Below, piece after piece: positions 8,083 to 17,451 of a DNA stretch of 64,000 bases. The stretch's first letter is position 1, and each line of letters opens with the position of its first letter. Below the pieces are notes generated by a model, which was given only the letters and a program-made list of their open reading frames with translations, was not told the DNA's origin and ran no database searches. A program made the translations under genes and the position numbers. The DNA comes from Bacteroidales bacterium (lineage in GTDB: Bacteria; Bacteroidota; Bacteroidia; Bacteroidales; F082), in contig JALNZT010000006.1 of assembly GCA_023229135.1 (NCBI GenBank), positions 1,996 through 65,995 on the forward strand. Reading direction: 5' to 3'.

Positions 8083-9381
8083 TCACGTTTTGTCGAAAAG
8101 AATATGCTTTAATGGTTGTAATACTCTATGAAACAGGCGAATATCGTTTGTGATTATCTCAGCAGTACCTTTCAGGCGTTGTTTGAAAACAAAGGTTTTA
8201 CCATAGCTGGTTTTTAAACCTGCCGGAAAATTTACTGTTGCATAGTAAACTCCCTCGTCAGGTATTTCAGAAATATGCGAGATTACGCCTTCGAGCATGC
8301 CATACTCCATATAAGGATAATTATCCAATCTGATATTTACTTTTTGACCCGGTTCAACTTTGCCGGCTCCTTCGGCTGGTAGCAGTAGCATTCCTTTTAG
8401 CGCTCCATGCGAATCGGGTAATATGGTAAAAACCGTTTCATTAGCATTCAGGTTCTGATTTTTTGCCCAATACTTAGTAAAAACACACTTGCCTGACTGA
8501 GGTGTTCTTAGCACATATTTTTGCTCCCAGATTTCCAATTGCGCCTTCAGATTATTTCCGGCTTCAACAAGTGCTGAATACAAACTTTCGTGTTGTTGTT
8601 TGTCCAGCATTTTAAACTCTGCAATAGTACTTTGCATTTGACTGATCTGTATTTGAATATTAGCCATGTTTGTTCTGATACTTTCAAAAGCCAGTTTTCT
8701 GTTAAGGTATTGGCTTTGGGCTTTTTCAAGTTCCTGCTCCGGAATTACCTGCTCATCAAATAGTTTTACATAGCGTTTATAGTCTTTTGAGGCTAATTCA
8801 AAATCACTTTTCAAGGTTTTAAACTGCTCATTAGTAAAGTCATATAATGTGCGGTAGTCAATTAATTGAAGCTGTGTTGTATTGATTTTGTTATTATAAT
8901 AGTCTATTTCCCTATAACTTTGATAGGCATGCTGTGCCGATGTAAATGCTGAATAATAAACCTGAAGCTCACCCAACTTACCTAAGCTAATAGGAATATC
9001 CCATTTATTCAAGCTATCATTTGCCTGCCATTGGCTACTTAGCGTGTTTAAATGTTTTTTAAGAACTACAATTTCTGAATAATCGGCAGGATTTTCCACC
9101 AGTCCAAGAACTTGATCTTCATGTACTTTCTGATTTTCTATAACAAAAAAAGTATCTATTTTACCACTTACCCTGGCCTTAATCTCAGTCGGTGGAAGGT
9201 TTCCGGTAATTTCAATACTTGCATGTACTACATCAGGATATTTAAAAAACCAACTCGCTGTTATAAATAGCGCAATAATGACAAAAAATACCGAGATGCC
9301 CCAGCTCACAAGACTTCCCGGGGTTTTTCCCAGTATTTCGTCAATTTCGCCTGTGCGTATGTCTGTCAGATTTGCTGGCAT
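8083..9381 (-). CDS. HlyD-family membrane fusion / secretion adaptor protein
   Basis: 432-aa ORF with one N-terminal TM segment (VSWGISVFFVIIALFITASWFF) and a long coiled-coil middle. It lies directly downstream of the C39 ABC exporter. Confidence 0.8.
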   Translation of the reverse strand: MPANLTDIRTGEIDEILGKTPGSLVSWGISVFFVIIALFITASWFFKYPDVVHASIEITGNLPPTEIKARVSGKIDTFFVIENQKVHEDQVLGLVENPADYSEIVVLKKHLNTLSSQWQANDSLNKWDIPISLGKLGELQVYYSAFTSAQHAYQSYREIDYYNNKINTTQLQLIDYRTLYDFTNEQFKTLKSDFELASKDYKRYVKLFDEQVIPEQELEKAQSQYLNRKLAFESIRTNMANIQIQISQMQSTIAEFKMLDKQQHESLYSALVEAGNNLKAQLEIWEQKYVLRTPQSGKCVFTKYWAKNQNLNANETVFTILPDSHGALKGMLLLPAEGAGKVEPGQKVNIRLDNYPYMEYGMLEGVISHISEIPDEGVYYATVNFPAGLKTSYGKTFVFKQRLKGTAEIITNDIRLFHRVLQPLKHILFDKT

Positions 9382-9456
9382 GGAATATACTATTTTTAAC
9401 TGTTTATTTACGCTTATGAATTTTCGTTCAGTTTTTTCAAATCTAATGTTTATTGT

Positions 9457-11664
9457 TTAGTTTCCAAGTTCTAGTTGATTTTTGACCAGTTTGTAATAGC
9501 TTCCCTTAAGTTTTGTCAATTCCTGGTGCGTGCCTTGTTCGATGATACTACCTTTTTCCAGCACTACAATCTGATCTGCATTTTTAACAGTGCTGAGCCT
9601 GTGGGCAACCACCACAACAGTTCGTCCTTTGAAAAATTCATTCAGGTTTTCCATGATCACTTTTTCGTTGTTGGCATCCAGCGCATTAGTCGCCTCATCA
9701 AAAAAAATAAATTGAGGGTCTTTATAGACTGCCCTGGCAATTAATATACGCTGTTTTTGTCCTTGACTAAGTCCAACTCCTTCCTGACCGATCATGGTAT
9801 TAAAGCCAAGTGGTAGTGTTTCGATATGTTCCAATATATTGGCAACCCGAGAAGCATGTAGTAGCTTACTGAAATCCAACTCGTCTTCGCTGATGCTGAT
9901 GTTGCCGGCAATGGTATCAGAAAAAATAAAGCCATCCTGCATTACAGCACCCACTTTGGAACGCCAGACACTGGCAGAAAGATTATCCACCCGAAATGGG
10001 CCTATACGTATTTCACCCGCCACAGGCTTGTAAAAGCCCAAAAGCAGTTTGAGCAAAGTGGTTTTTCCACTTCCCGATGTGCCTACAATTGCTGTTACTT
10101 TGTTTTGAGGGATTTTGAGGTCTAGCGCGTTAAGTACCAAAGGCGAACGAGGCCCGTCATACTGGTATGAAACGCCACTTAACAAGATGTCCTGTTCTGT
10201 GTCAAGTTCCCTTATTTTTACATTCATCTTATCGGCCGGTTCTTCATCTTCACGCAGGTGTATTTCACCCAATCTTTCAAGACTGATTTTGGCGTCTTGG
10301 GCAGCACGTACAAATCCTATCATTTGGTCAACCGGGGCATTCATCATACCAATGATGTACTGCACGGCCATCATCATACCGAGCGTCATCTCGCCTTTTA
10401 CAACCGCGTAAGCCGCCATAAAGGTGATGAGTATATTTTTTGACTGGTTAAAAAACGTTGCCCCGGCCTGTTGGTACTGGTTGAGTGCTAAGCCTTTTAT
10501 ATTTACGCGAAACAACCTGGCCTGTATTTTTTCCCACTCCCATCGTTTCTGTTTCTCGCAGTTGTTAAGTTTAATCTCCTGCATACCAGTAATCAATTGT
10601 ATCAGGTTACTTTGATTACCGGCCATTTGCGCGAAGCGTTTAAAATCCAATTCGCGGCGTTTTTTCATAAAGACCAGCACCCAAAGGGTATATAAAATGC
10701 TTCCGGCAAGGAAAACGAGTAAGATGCCCACATTATATACGCCAAGCACGATGGCAAATACAGCAAGGTTCACCACGGCAAACAAGATTTGCAAGGAAGA
10801 GGCTGTCAAAAAGCTTTCGATACGGCTATGATCACCAATGCGTTGCATCAGGTCGCCAATCATTTTGCTGTCAAAATAGCCCAGGGGCAGCTTCATCAGC
10901 TTGATCAGGAAATCGCTTATAAGCGAAATGTTGATGCGTGTGCTGATATGTAGCAATATCCAGCTACGAATAAACTCAACGGCTGTCTGGCCAAAAAATA
11001 AAACCAATTGCGCTATCAGCACTAAAGTGATAAAATTGAGATCACGTGTGTTGATACCCACATCTACTACTGCCTGGGTGAGGAATGGAAAGATAAGCTG
11101 TATGATACTGCCCAACAGCATGCCCAATATAAGCTGTACTAAAAGTTTGCGGTGCGGGCGCAAATAGGAGAACAAAAACCGGAAGTTTTTTTTGTTGACT
11201 ATTTCTTCTTCGTTGGTATAGAAATCCGGTGTGGGTTCCAGCAACAGACAAACGCCCATGTCCTCGTCTTCGTTTTTAGTGCTTACCCAGCCTTTTAGGA
11301 ATTCTTCCCTGCTATACGTAATAAGCCCGTGCGCAGGATCGGCTACTTTTACTTTGTCTTTTTTCTTCCCGCTAATCTCATATACCACCACAAAATGCTG
11401 CTGTTTCCAGTGGGCGATGCATGGTAGCGGGACTTCGTTAGCCAGCTTGTCGAAGGTGATTTTTACACCCATAGTTCTGAAACCGATTTTCTCGGCTGCA
11501 TCGCTGATGCCGAGCAAGGAAACCCCTTCACGGTTAATATGACAATACTCCCTTAGCACGGGCAAACTGTGTCGCTTGCCGTAGTGTCTGCTAATCGCAT
11601 CCAGGCAGGCCGGGCCACAGTCGCGGGCGTCGAGTTGGGGGGTGAAATTATATCTCACTTTCAA
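9457..11664 (-). CDS. peptidase C39 domain-containing ABC transporter (double-glycine leader cleavage/export)
   Basis: 735-aa ORF. It has the N-terminal C39 Cys motif PQLDARDCGPACL, six-TM region, Walker A GTSGSGKTTL, ABC signature LSQGQKQRI and Walker B IFFDEATNALD. Confidence 0.93.
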   Translation of the reverse strand: MKVRYNFTPQLDARDCGPACLDAISRHYGKRHSLPVLREYCHINREGVSLLGISDAAEKIGFRTMGVKITFDKLANEVPLPCIAHWKQQHFVVVYEISGKKKDKVKVADPAHGLITYSREEFLKGWVSTKNEDEDMGVCLLLEPTPDFYTNEEEIVNKKNFRFLFSYLRPHRKLLVQLILGMLLGSIIQLIFPFLTQAVVDVGINTRDLNFITLVLIAQLVLFFGQTAVEFIRSWILLHISTRINISLISDFLIKLMKLPLGYFDSKMIGDLMQRIGDHSRIESFLTASSLQILFAVVNLAVFAIVLGVYNVGILLVFLAGSILYTLWVLVFMKKRRELDFKRFAQMAGNQSNLIQLITGMQEIKLNNCEKQKRWEWEKIQARLFRVNIKGLALNQYQQAGATFFNQSKNILITFMAAYAVVKGEMTLGMMMAVQYIIGMMNAPVDQMIGFVRAAQDAKISLERLGEIHLREDEEPADKMNVKIRELDTEQDILLSGVSYQYDGPRSPLVLNALDLKIPQNKVTAIVGTSGSGKTTLLKLLLGFYKPVAGEIRIGPFRVDNLSASVWRSKVGAVMQDGFIFSDTIAGNISISEDELDFSKLLHASRVANILEHIETLPLGFNTMIGQEGVGLSQGQKQRILIARAVYKDPQFIFFDEATNALDANNEKVIMENLNEFFKGRTVVVVAHRLSTVKNADQIVVLEKGSIIEQGTHQELTKLKGSYYKLVKNQLELGN

Positions 11665-11715
11665 ATCAATTCTTGCTTAAGCATTTACTTGCCTTTCTCC
11701 AGAACAACATCATTA

Positions 11716-12996
11716 TTATTCAGTCTTATCATTATCTTGCCATGTTTTTTTAACAGGATCGTAATTACAAAGATTCATAATACCAAAGTAAAGCTCATAA
11801 CTAGATATTGGCTGACATAAATATCGGTATACACAATTTTTACAGGGTTCAACTTTTGCCCTTGTTAAATACCAGGAGCTATCTTCTATCGTATGAGCGT
11901 TGCGCAATATTTCAATCAGTTTGTTGCTTTTTATATTGCCAATATGAGGCATGTTCAAATTAGCATGAACATCACCATTGGGAAGAATAAATAACTTCCC
12001 AAAGCTTAAATGGTTTATAAACAATCTGGAGGCAATTTCACGATGAGTTAATGACTGATTCTCAACATCTGCCTTGTTACTTTTTATCACTTCAAATAAA
12101 GCATTTGACGTTGAGTTATCTATGAATGGGATCAATTCATAGGTAATGCCTTGTGTAATAAAAATTTGCTCCAAGTCTGAAATATCATTCACATCACGAA
12201 TAATTATCTTAAAAACTATTCTTGAGATGGAATCCTCATTCATCGAGAAAAAGTCAAATAATAACTTACGTTCGGTTTTGAAATCGACCCATAAAATAAA
12301 TTTTAAGTTCTCTGTATAAGTAAGTGTTTTATTATCTAATAATTCTATTACAGCGTCAGAGATATAAGCATTATAATGAACAAAACAATCCTTAAAAAAA
12401 TCGCACGTATCCTTTATTTTCTTTAGTGAAATCTCATTTCCATACAATTGAACTTTTCTAAGGCCCGGAAAAGCTTCACCCCTAAAAAAACGTAAAACCA
12501 AGTTACTACTTTCATACTGAGCCTCATTTAGGTTTATGATTGGAGCATTGATTTGTTTACTACCCGACGTATTAAATGCTGAATCAGTAATGTTTGTTGA
12601 GGAATCTCCGTAATATATAAACACCTCTTTTAGTGAATATCGGAGGTTCAAAGTTTGCCATGTTTTATCATTATTTATGTTATTAACATCGAAGTTCAGT
12701 TTTGGCGCAAAAGGCAGGATTAAAGGACGATAATGACTTTCAATTAAATCCCCGTGAAAATAATCTCTGCATAAAACTATGAATGCTGTGATTTCATCGT
12801 CAATCAACTCATTTTCATCCAAAAGGGTAATTCTATTAACATCATCTTTGAGTAATCTCGAAATGAATTCAACCCCTTTTATTCCTTTAAATAGAAAGGT
12901 AGAAGTTATACTATTAATCGTATTATGTAGCAAAATTTGATTATCAATGAGATCTGAATGAACATAAGGTTCAAGATAAAAAAAGGAATTAAGCAT
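11716..12996 (-). CDS. pseudo-rSAM protein (SPASM-like Cys cluster, no CxxxCxxC), partner of the radical SAM maturase
   Basis: The track ORF extends to 13086. ATG 12996 (MLNSFFYLEPYV) overlaps the rSAM stop as ATGCTTAA. The C-terminus has CKNCVYRYLC..C, and there is no radical-SAM Cys triad. This matches my memory of the GG-Bacteroidales pseudo-rSAM family. Confidence 0.7.
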   Translation of the reverse strand: MLNSFFYLEPYVHSDLIDNQILLHNTINSITSTFLFKGIKGVEFISRLLKDDVNRITLLDENELIDDEITAFIVLCRDYFHGDLIESHYRPLILPFAPKLNFDVNNINNDKTWQTLNLRYSLKEVFIYYGDSSTNITDSAFNTSGSKQINAPIINLNEAQYESSNLVLRFFRGEAFPGLRKVQLYGNEISLKKIKDTCDFFKDCFVHYNAYISDAVIELLDNKTLTYTENLKFILWVDFKTERKLLFDFFSMNEDSISRIVFKIIIRDVNDISDLEQIFITQGITYELIPFIDNSTSNALFEVIKSNKADVENQSLTHREIASRLFINHLSFGKLFILPNGDVHANLNMPHIGNIKSNKLIEILRNAHTIEDSSWYLTRAKVEPCKNCVYRYLCQPISSYELYFGIMNLCNYDPVKKTWQDNDKTE

Positions 12997-14476
12997 AGCG
13001 CGTTTTTCTCCATATTTCTGAGTAAACATCAGTAAATGCCTCAAAGAATGAGTAGTAATCCCTAAGAAGATCAATGTGATCTTCATTTTTTAGATGGGAA
13101 CATTTTACTGTTTTATCTTCCTTTATTATATTTAGAAACAAACATTCTTTGCATAGGTTGACTCGATAACAGTTATTGCATTTCCCTTTTAATTTTTCAA
13201 AGTGATTATTATACATCATAACAATCTTTTCATAATCTAAAAATACTTTTCCATTTTGAACATTACCTAATGAATACTCATGCGCAATGGCTTCGCAGGG
13301 CAGTATTTTTCCCTTTGCTGTGACAAACATTCTTTTGCTAAACGGATTGCAGGTGCCAGTAGGAAGAAAATTGCCCTTAGTATTGTAATTAAATAAGTCA
13401 TCAATTGTAGAAAAATGGTTATTCGTATAGTTTCTAAGAAACATGTTATAGCTCAAAGATTCACCTGAGGAAAGAAAACACTTTTTATGCTCTGATTTAT
13501 TAAGATCGTAATTATGACCATCGTAATTGAATTTTTTTCCAACTAATAGCGGATTTACCTCGGTGCCGGCAATTGATTTTTTGAATTCTCTCCAAATAAA
13601 TTCCTGAATAGAAATGAAATCATTTCTGTCGTGTAGTACCGCATTAAAAAGTACATTTTGTTCAAAAAATGAAGGGTAGTTCCTCTTAACCAAGTGGATG
13701 TTCTTGAATACAACCTTAAATGATTCTTTGTTATTAGGAAAAAGTCTGTAGCTATTCGCAAATGAGTCTCCGTCAAGACTAATAGTAAGCGCAAAGTTGT
13801 TTTTTGCAATGAATTCAATGTGTTGGTTTAACAAAACACCATTAGTTGTCATGTTAAACCTAAAGTTGAGGGGAGTGTTTTTGCTCAATTCTTCAATATA
13901 GGAAACTAATTCCTCAATGAAAGGAAAGTTCAATAACGGTTCGCCACCAAAAAATCCGATGAATATTTCTTTTTCAAGATTACTGTTAACTTTACTAAGC
14001 CACTTTGGTATTAAGTATTCTATTACTGCTTTAGCATTAGCAATACTTAAATCAAGATTATTCCGTGAATCATGAGTGTGATAATTATCTCCATAAAAGC
14101 AGTACTTACACTGGAGATTGCATCTTTCAGTAATTTCAAACACTAGAGCGCGTAAGTTTGATAACTCATAGTTAATATCGGAAGGCTTTAGTCGCCCTCC
14201 AATAATTTGTTCGTTGCTAATAGTATTAAAAAATCCGTTTTCTTTTAGGAACTCAAACTTACGTTTATAGTATATATCTGCTTTCTCCTTTGTCTTAAAA
14301 AGTAAGCTATCAGATTCGTCTTGATTTTCCTCAGTAATGGACCTATTGTTTGTTGCGTTGAAATCTTTTAGTTTTATATACCTAACTACCATTGGATTCA
14401 TATAAATAATATGCTTCTTATAAAAGCTAAATAAGTATTGATTATGTTTGGTAGTGAATAAATTAAAATCAGGCAT
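12989..14476 (-). CDS. radical SAM/SPASM domain peptide maturase
   Basis: 495-aa ORF with the radical SAM triad ITERCNLQCKYCFYG. SPASM motifs are GTCNPFSKRMFVTAKGKILPCEA and CNNCYRVNLCKEC. Confidence 0.9.
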   Translation of the reverse strand: MPDFNLFTTKHNQYLFSFYKKHIIYMNPMVVRYIKLKDFNATNNRSITEENQDESDSLLFKTKEKADIYYKRKFEFLKENGFFNTISNEQIIGGRLKPSDINYELSNLRALVFEITERCNLQCKYCFYGDNYHTHDSRNNLDLSIANAKAVIEYLIPKWLSKVNSNLEKEIFIGFFGGEPLLNFPFIEELVSYIEELSKNTPLNFRFNMTTNGVLLNQHIEFIAKNNFALTISLDGDSFANSYRLFPNNKESFKVVFKNIHLVKRNYPSFFEQNVLFNAVLHDRNDFISIQEFIWREFKKSIAGTEVNPLLVGKKFNYDGHNYDLNKSEHKKCFLSSGESLSYNMFLRNYTNNHFSTIDDLFNYNTKGNFLPTGTCNPFSKRMFVTAKGKILPCEAIAHEYSLGNVQNGKVFLDYEKIVMMYNNHFEKLKGKCNNCYRVNLCKECLFLNIIKEDKTVKCSHLKNEDHIDLLRDYYSFFEAFTDVYSEIWRKTRYA

Positions 14477-14492
14477 AAATTATCTATTATCG

Positions 14493-15752
14493 TTAATAAT
14501 GATTGTTAATAAACTCCCTAATGTAATCATTTAAATCTGATCGTTTTATCTTTAATACTTCCTCGATACAGTTGTAGAAATCTTCTTCATTGTCAGCTTC
14601 ACACAGATAAAGTTCTTTTACTTTTTCGTAGCCGCCCTGGCGGTATGCAATGTCAACAATTGCTGCATGAATGGTGTAAATAAAAGGCGTTTGCATTTCA
14701 TCATCTTTGTAATGCTTTAAACTTTCAATGTATTTACCATCCAAAGGATAGCCAAACGTTAAATAGCCATCATCATTATAATAATAGCAAACAAGACTCC
14801 CGGAAAGATCAATCCAGGGGTTGGTATTTAGATAATGTTTGAGTCTGTAAATATGGAATAGGTAGTTTTTTGTTAATACCCCACCAAAGTAGGTAGCGAT
14901 CCCTTCCTCAAAATAAGTGGTTTTTTCTTTTTGGAAAAAGTTAAGTAACAGATGTATTATTTCATGAAGGTCATCTTCACCAGTTCCACCAGCTATAATA
15001 ATATTATTAGCTGATAGTGCCATAGCTTCTCTATTACTCAATCCGGAAATAAAATCTGTATCATAGTGTTGCACACCAAACAATATTGCAGCATCAGTTA
15101 GATTATCAGCTAAAACGTATGTAATCGAATCATTGAATTCAATTCCGAATCCATCTTTGAAAGTTTGTATTTTGGATTGCATAGCGATAGCCTTTTCAGT
15201 ATTAAACACATAGTCGCGATCATAATAGAATCTGATTAAACCAATTCTTTTTGTTTCTAACATATTCTTATGATGTGAGAAAGCATTGGTAAGCTTAAAC
15301 TCTCCATTGGCTTGTTTTTTTATTGGGACAGTGATCATGTATGAAGGGATTCGCTTCCACATTTCTTCAGGATAGGCCAAAAACATGGCTCTTAACTCAA
15401 ACAAACTTTCCTCCCGTTTGATAATGCCCAATAAATATTCCTTTTCCATTGGGTAAAAAACGTTTCCACTAGCCCTTTTAAAAGAATAAAATAAATCCGG
15501 GAATTTGTATTGATCAATTTCGTTTTGATCCCAATATTTATGTAATTCCTCAGGAAACTCGTTTAATATGTAGCTTTTTTTTGCACTGTGATAATTAAGC
15601 TCGTCAAGGTAGCTTTCCCATAAATCATAAATTTCTGTAAATCCGGTGAATGTTGTGTCAACGAATGGACTAATTATTGTTTCCGGTCGTGTTTGTGTTT
15701 GGCTGCTAAGAGAAATCAATAAACCGACAAATAGTAAGAATATTCTTTTCAT
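14493..15752 (-). CDS. secreted HExxH (gluzincin-like) putative zinc metallopeptidase, paralogue 1
   Basis: 419-aa ORF with a signal-like N-terminus MKRIFLLFVGLLISLSSQ and the motif LHEIIHLLL...YFEEGIATYFGG (HExxH plus a downstream Glu). Confidence 0.6.
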   Translation of the reverse strand: MKRIFLLFVGLLISLSSQTQTRPETIISPFVDTTFTGFTEIYDLWESYLDELNYHSAKKSYILNEFPEELHKYWDQNEIDQYKFPDLFYSFKRASGNVFYPMEKEYLLGIIKREESLFELRAMFLAYPEEMWKRIPSYMITVPIKKQANGEFKLTNAFSHHKNMLETKRIGLIRFYYDRDYVFNTEKAIAMQSKIQTFKDGFGIEFNDSITYVLADNLTDAAILFGVQHYDTDFISGLSNREAMALSANNIIIAGGTGEDDLHEIIHLLLNFFQKEKTTYFEEGIATYFGGVLTKNYLFHIYRLKHYLNTNPWIDLSGSLVCYYYNDDGYLTFGYPLDGKYIESLKHYKDDEMQTPFIYTIHAAIVDIAYRQGGYEKVKELYLCEADNEEDFYNCIEEVLKIKRSDLNDYIREFINNHY

Positions 15753-15785
15753 ATTTATAATTCATTAAGAATAACACCAAATAGA

Positions 15786-15820
15786 AGTTAAAATCCTGTC
15801 TAAATAGCAGGATTTTAACT
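15786..15820 (-). terminator. hairpin immediately after a precursor gene
   Basis: agttaaaatcctg (15786-15798) pairs with caggattttaact (15808-15820). On the minus strand it is followed by ttctatttggtgttattc. Confidence 0.55.
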
Positions 15821-15832
15821 CCTAATCAATAG

Positions 15833-16030
15833 TTAATATTCAAGATTATTCTTTGGGCCAGTTATTCCTGCACTTTGCCGGTTTGACTGTGTTTGGTCAT
15901 GAATTGAGCCCGGATCACCGCAATCGCAACTGCAACTGCAAGCTGGTGTAGAACCTCCACCACCCTGATCTCCACCTTTAATGTGGTTTAATGAATCTTG
16001 GGTCATTTTGATTAATTTTAGATTTTTCAT
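15833..16030 (-). CDS. RiPP precursor peptide with a double-glycine leader and CxCxCxC core
   Basis: MKNLKLIKMTQDSLNHIKGG | DQGGGGSTPACSCSCDCGDPGSIHDQTQSNRQSAGITGPKNNLEY. It lies next to rSAM, C39-ABC and HlyD genes. Confidence 0.85.
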   Translation of the reverse strand: MKNLKLIKMTQDSLNHIKGGDQGGGGSTPACSCSCDCGDPGSIHDQTQSNRQSAGITGPKNNLEY

Positions 16031-16111
16031 ACTTTGAATTGTTAAATTGTTAATAATCGTGATAAACTATAAATAAATTGTAAAGCCGAACATAAAAAGT
16101 CAGGCATAAGC

Positions 16112-17371
16112 TTAATAATGATTGTTAATAAACTCCCTTATGTAATCATTTAAATCTGATCGTTTTATCTCTAATACTTCTTCAATGCAATTATAGAACT
16201 CCTCTTCATTGTCAGCTTTACAAAGATAAAGTTCTTTTACTTTTTCGTAGCTGCCCTGGCGGTAAGCAATATCTACAATTGCTGCATGTATCACGTAAAT
16301 AAAGTTAGACTTCATTTCTTTGTCACTAAAGTATTGTTTTATAAATGAATCGCTGGCAGGTGGATTCCCAAAATGGATATTGTTGTTGTCATCTTTATAA
16401 TATGCAGACAGACTGCCTGAAAGATCAATCCAGGGATTTTCCGATAAATAATTCTTTAATCTGCTGATGTGAAAGGGGTATTCATGCGTTAAAGAACCGC
16501 CAAAATATGTAGCAATTCCTTCCTCAAACCAATGATAAGAGCTTCTTTCTCCTAGTTTGCTAAGTAATAAATGAATAATCTCATGGAAATGATCCTCCCC
16601 GATTCCGCCGCTTATAACCATATTATTAGTTTTCAGGGCTCTGGCTTCATACATATTCAAGCCTGTCAAAAAATCCATATCAAAGTGTTGCACACCAAAC
16701 AATTTTGCAGCATCAGTCATATTGTCTGATAAAATATATGTAATTGAATCATTAAACACAATTCTAAATCCCTCTATAAAGGCTTGTATTTTTGATTGCA
16801 TTGCAAGTGCTTTTTCTTTATTGAACTTGTAGTCGCGATCATAATAGTACCTGACTAAACCAAGTCTTTTTGTCTGTAGCTTAGATCTGTAAGATGTGAA
16901 AGCATTGGTAAGCTTAAAACCCCCATCAGTTTGTCTTTTCACTGGGACAGTGATAATGTATGAAGGGATTCTCCTCCACATTTCTTCAGGATAGGTCAAA
17001 AACATGGTTCTTAATTCAAATAAATTCTCCTCCCTTTTAACAATGCCCAATAAATATTCCTTTTCCATTGGATAGAAAACGTTTCCGTAACTTCTTTTAA
17101 AAGAATAATACAAATCTGGAAAATCATATAACTCTAACTCCTTTTGATCCCAATATTTGAGCAGCTGGTCTGGAAACTGATTTAATATATAACTGTTTTT
17201 TGCGCTGACTTTGTTTAAATCATTCAGGTAGCTTTCCCATAAATCATAAATTTCTGTAAATCCGGTGAATGTTGTGTCAACGAATGGGCTAACAATGGTT
17301 TGTGGTCGTGTTTGTGTTAAGCTACAAAGAGAAATCAATAAACCGACAAATAGTAAGTATATTCTTTTCAT
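16112..17371 (-). CDS. secreted HExxH (gluzincin-like) putative zinc metallopeptidase, paralogue 2
   Basis: 419-aa ORF colinear with 14493-15752. It has the motif FHEIIHLLL...WFEEGIATYFGG, and the last roughly 50 aa are nearly identical to paralogue 1. Confidence 0.6.
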   Translation of the reverse strand: MKRIYLLFVGLLISLCSLTQTRPQTIVSPFVDTTFTGFTEIYDLWESYLNDLNKVSAKNSYILNQFPDQLLKYWDQKELELYDFPDLYYSFKRSYGNVFYPMEKEYLLGIVKREENLFELRTMFLTYPEEMWRRIPSYIITVPVKRQTDGGFKLTNAFTSYRSKLQTKRLGLVRYYYDRDYKFNKEKALAMQSKIQAFIEGFRIVFNDSITYILSDNMTDAAKLFGVQHFDMDFLTGLNMYEARALKTNNMVISGGIGEDHFHEIIHLLLSKLGERSSYHWFEEGIATYFGGSLTHEYPFHISRLKNYLSENPWIDLSGSLSAYYKDDNNNIHFGNPPASDSFIKQYFSDKEMKSNFIYVIHAAIVDIAYRQGSYEKVKELYLCKADNEEEFYNCIEEVLEIKRSDLNDYIREFINNHY

Positions 17372-17402
17372 ATTTATAATTGATTAATAGTAATACCAAA
17401 TA

Positions 17403-17441
17403 GGAGTTAAAATCCTATATAAAGAGTAGGATTTTAACTCC
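17403..17441 (-). terminator. hairpin immediately after a precursor gene
   Basis: ggagttaaaatccta (17403-17417) pairs with taggattttaactcc (17427-17441). It is followed on the minus strand by a T-rich stretch. Confidence 0.55.
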
Positions 17442-17451
17442 TTTTCAATAG

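Noticed and set aside
12997-13086. N-terminal extensions offered by the ORF track (11716-13086, 18194-18889, 45979-47412, 7025-7429, 3684-, 39540-, 40341-, 59713-, 61050-)
   Set aside because: Internal ATGs give proper signal peptides or homologous N-termini, and several overlap the upstream stop by 4-8 nt (translational coupling). Several track starts are TTG/GTG.
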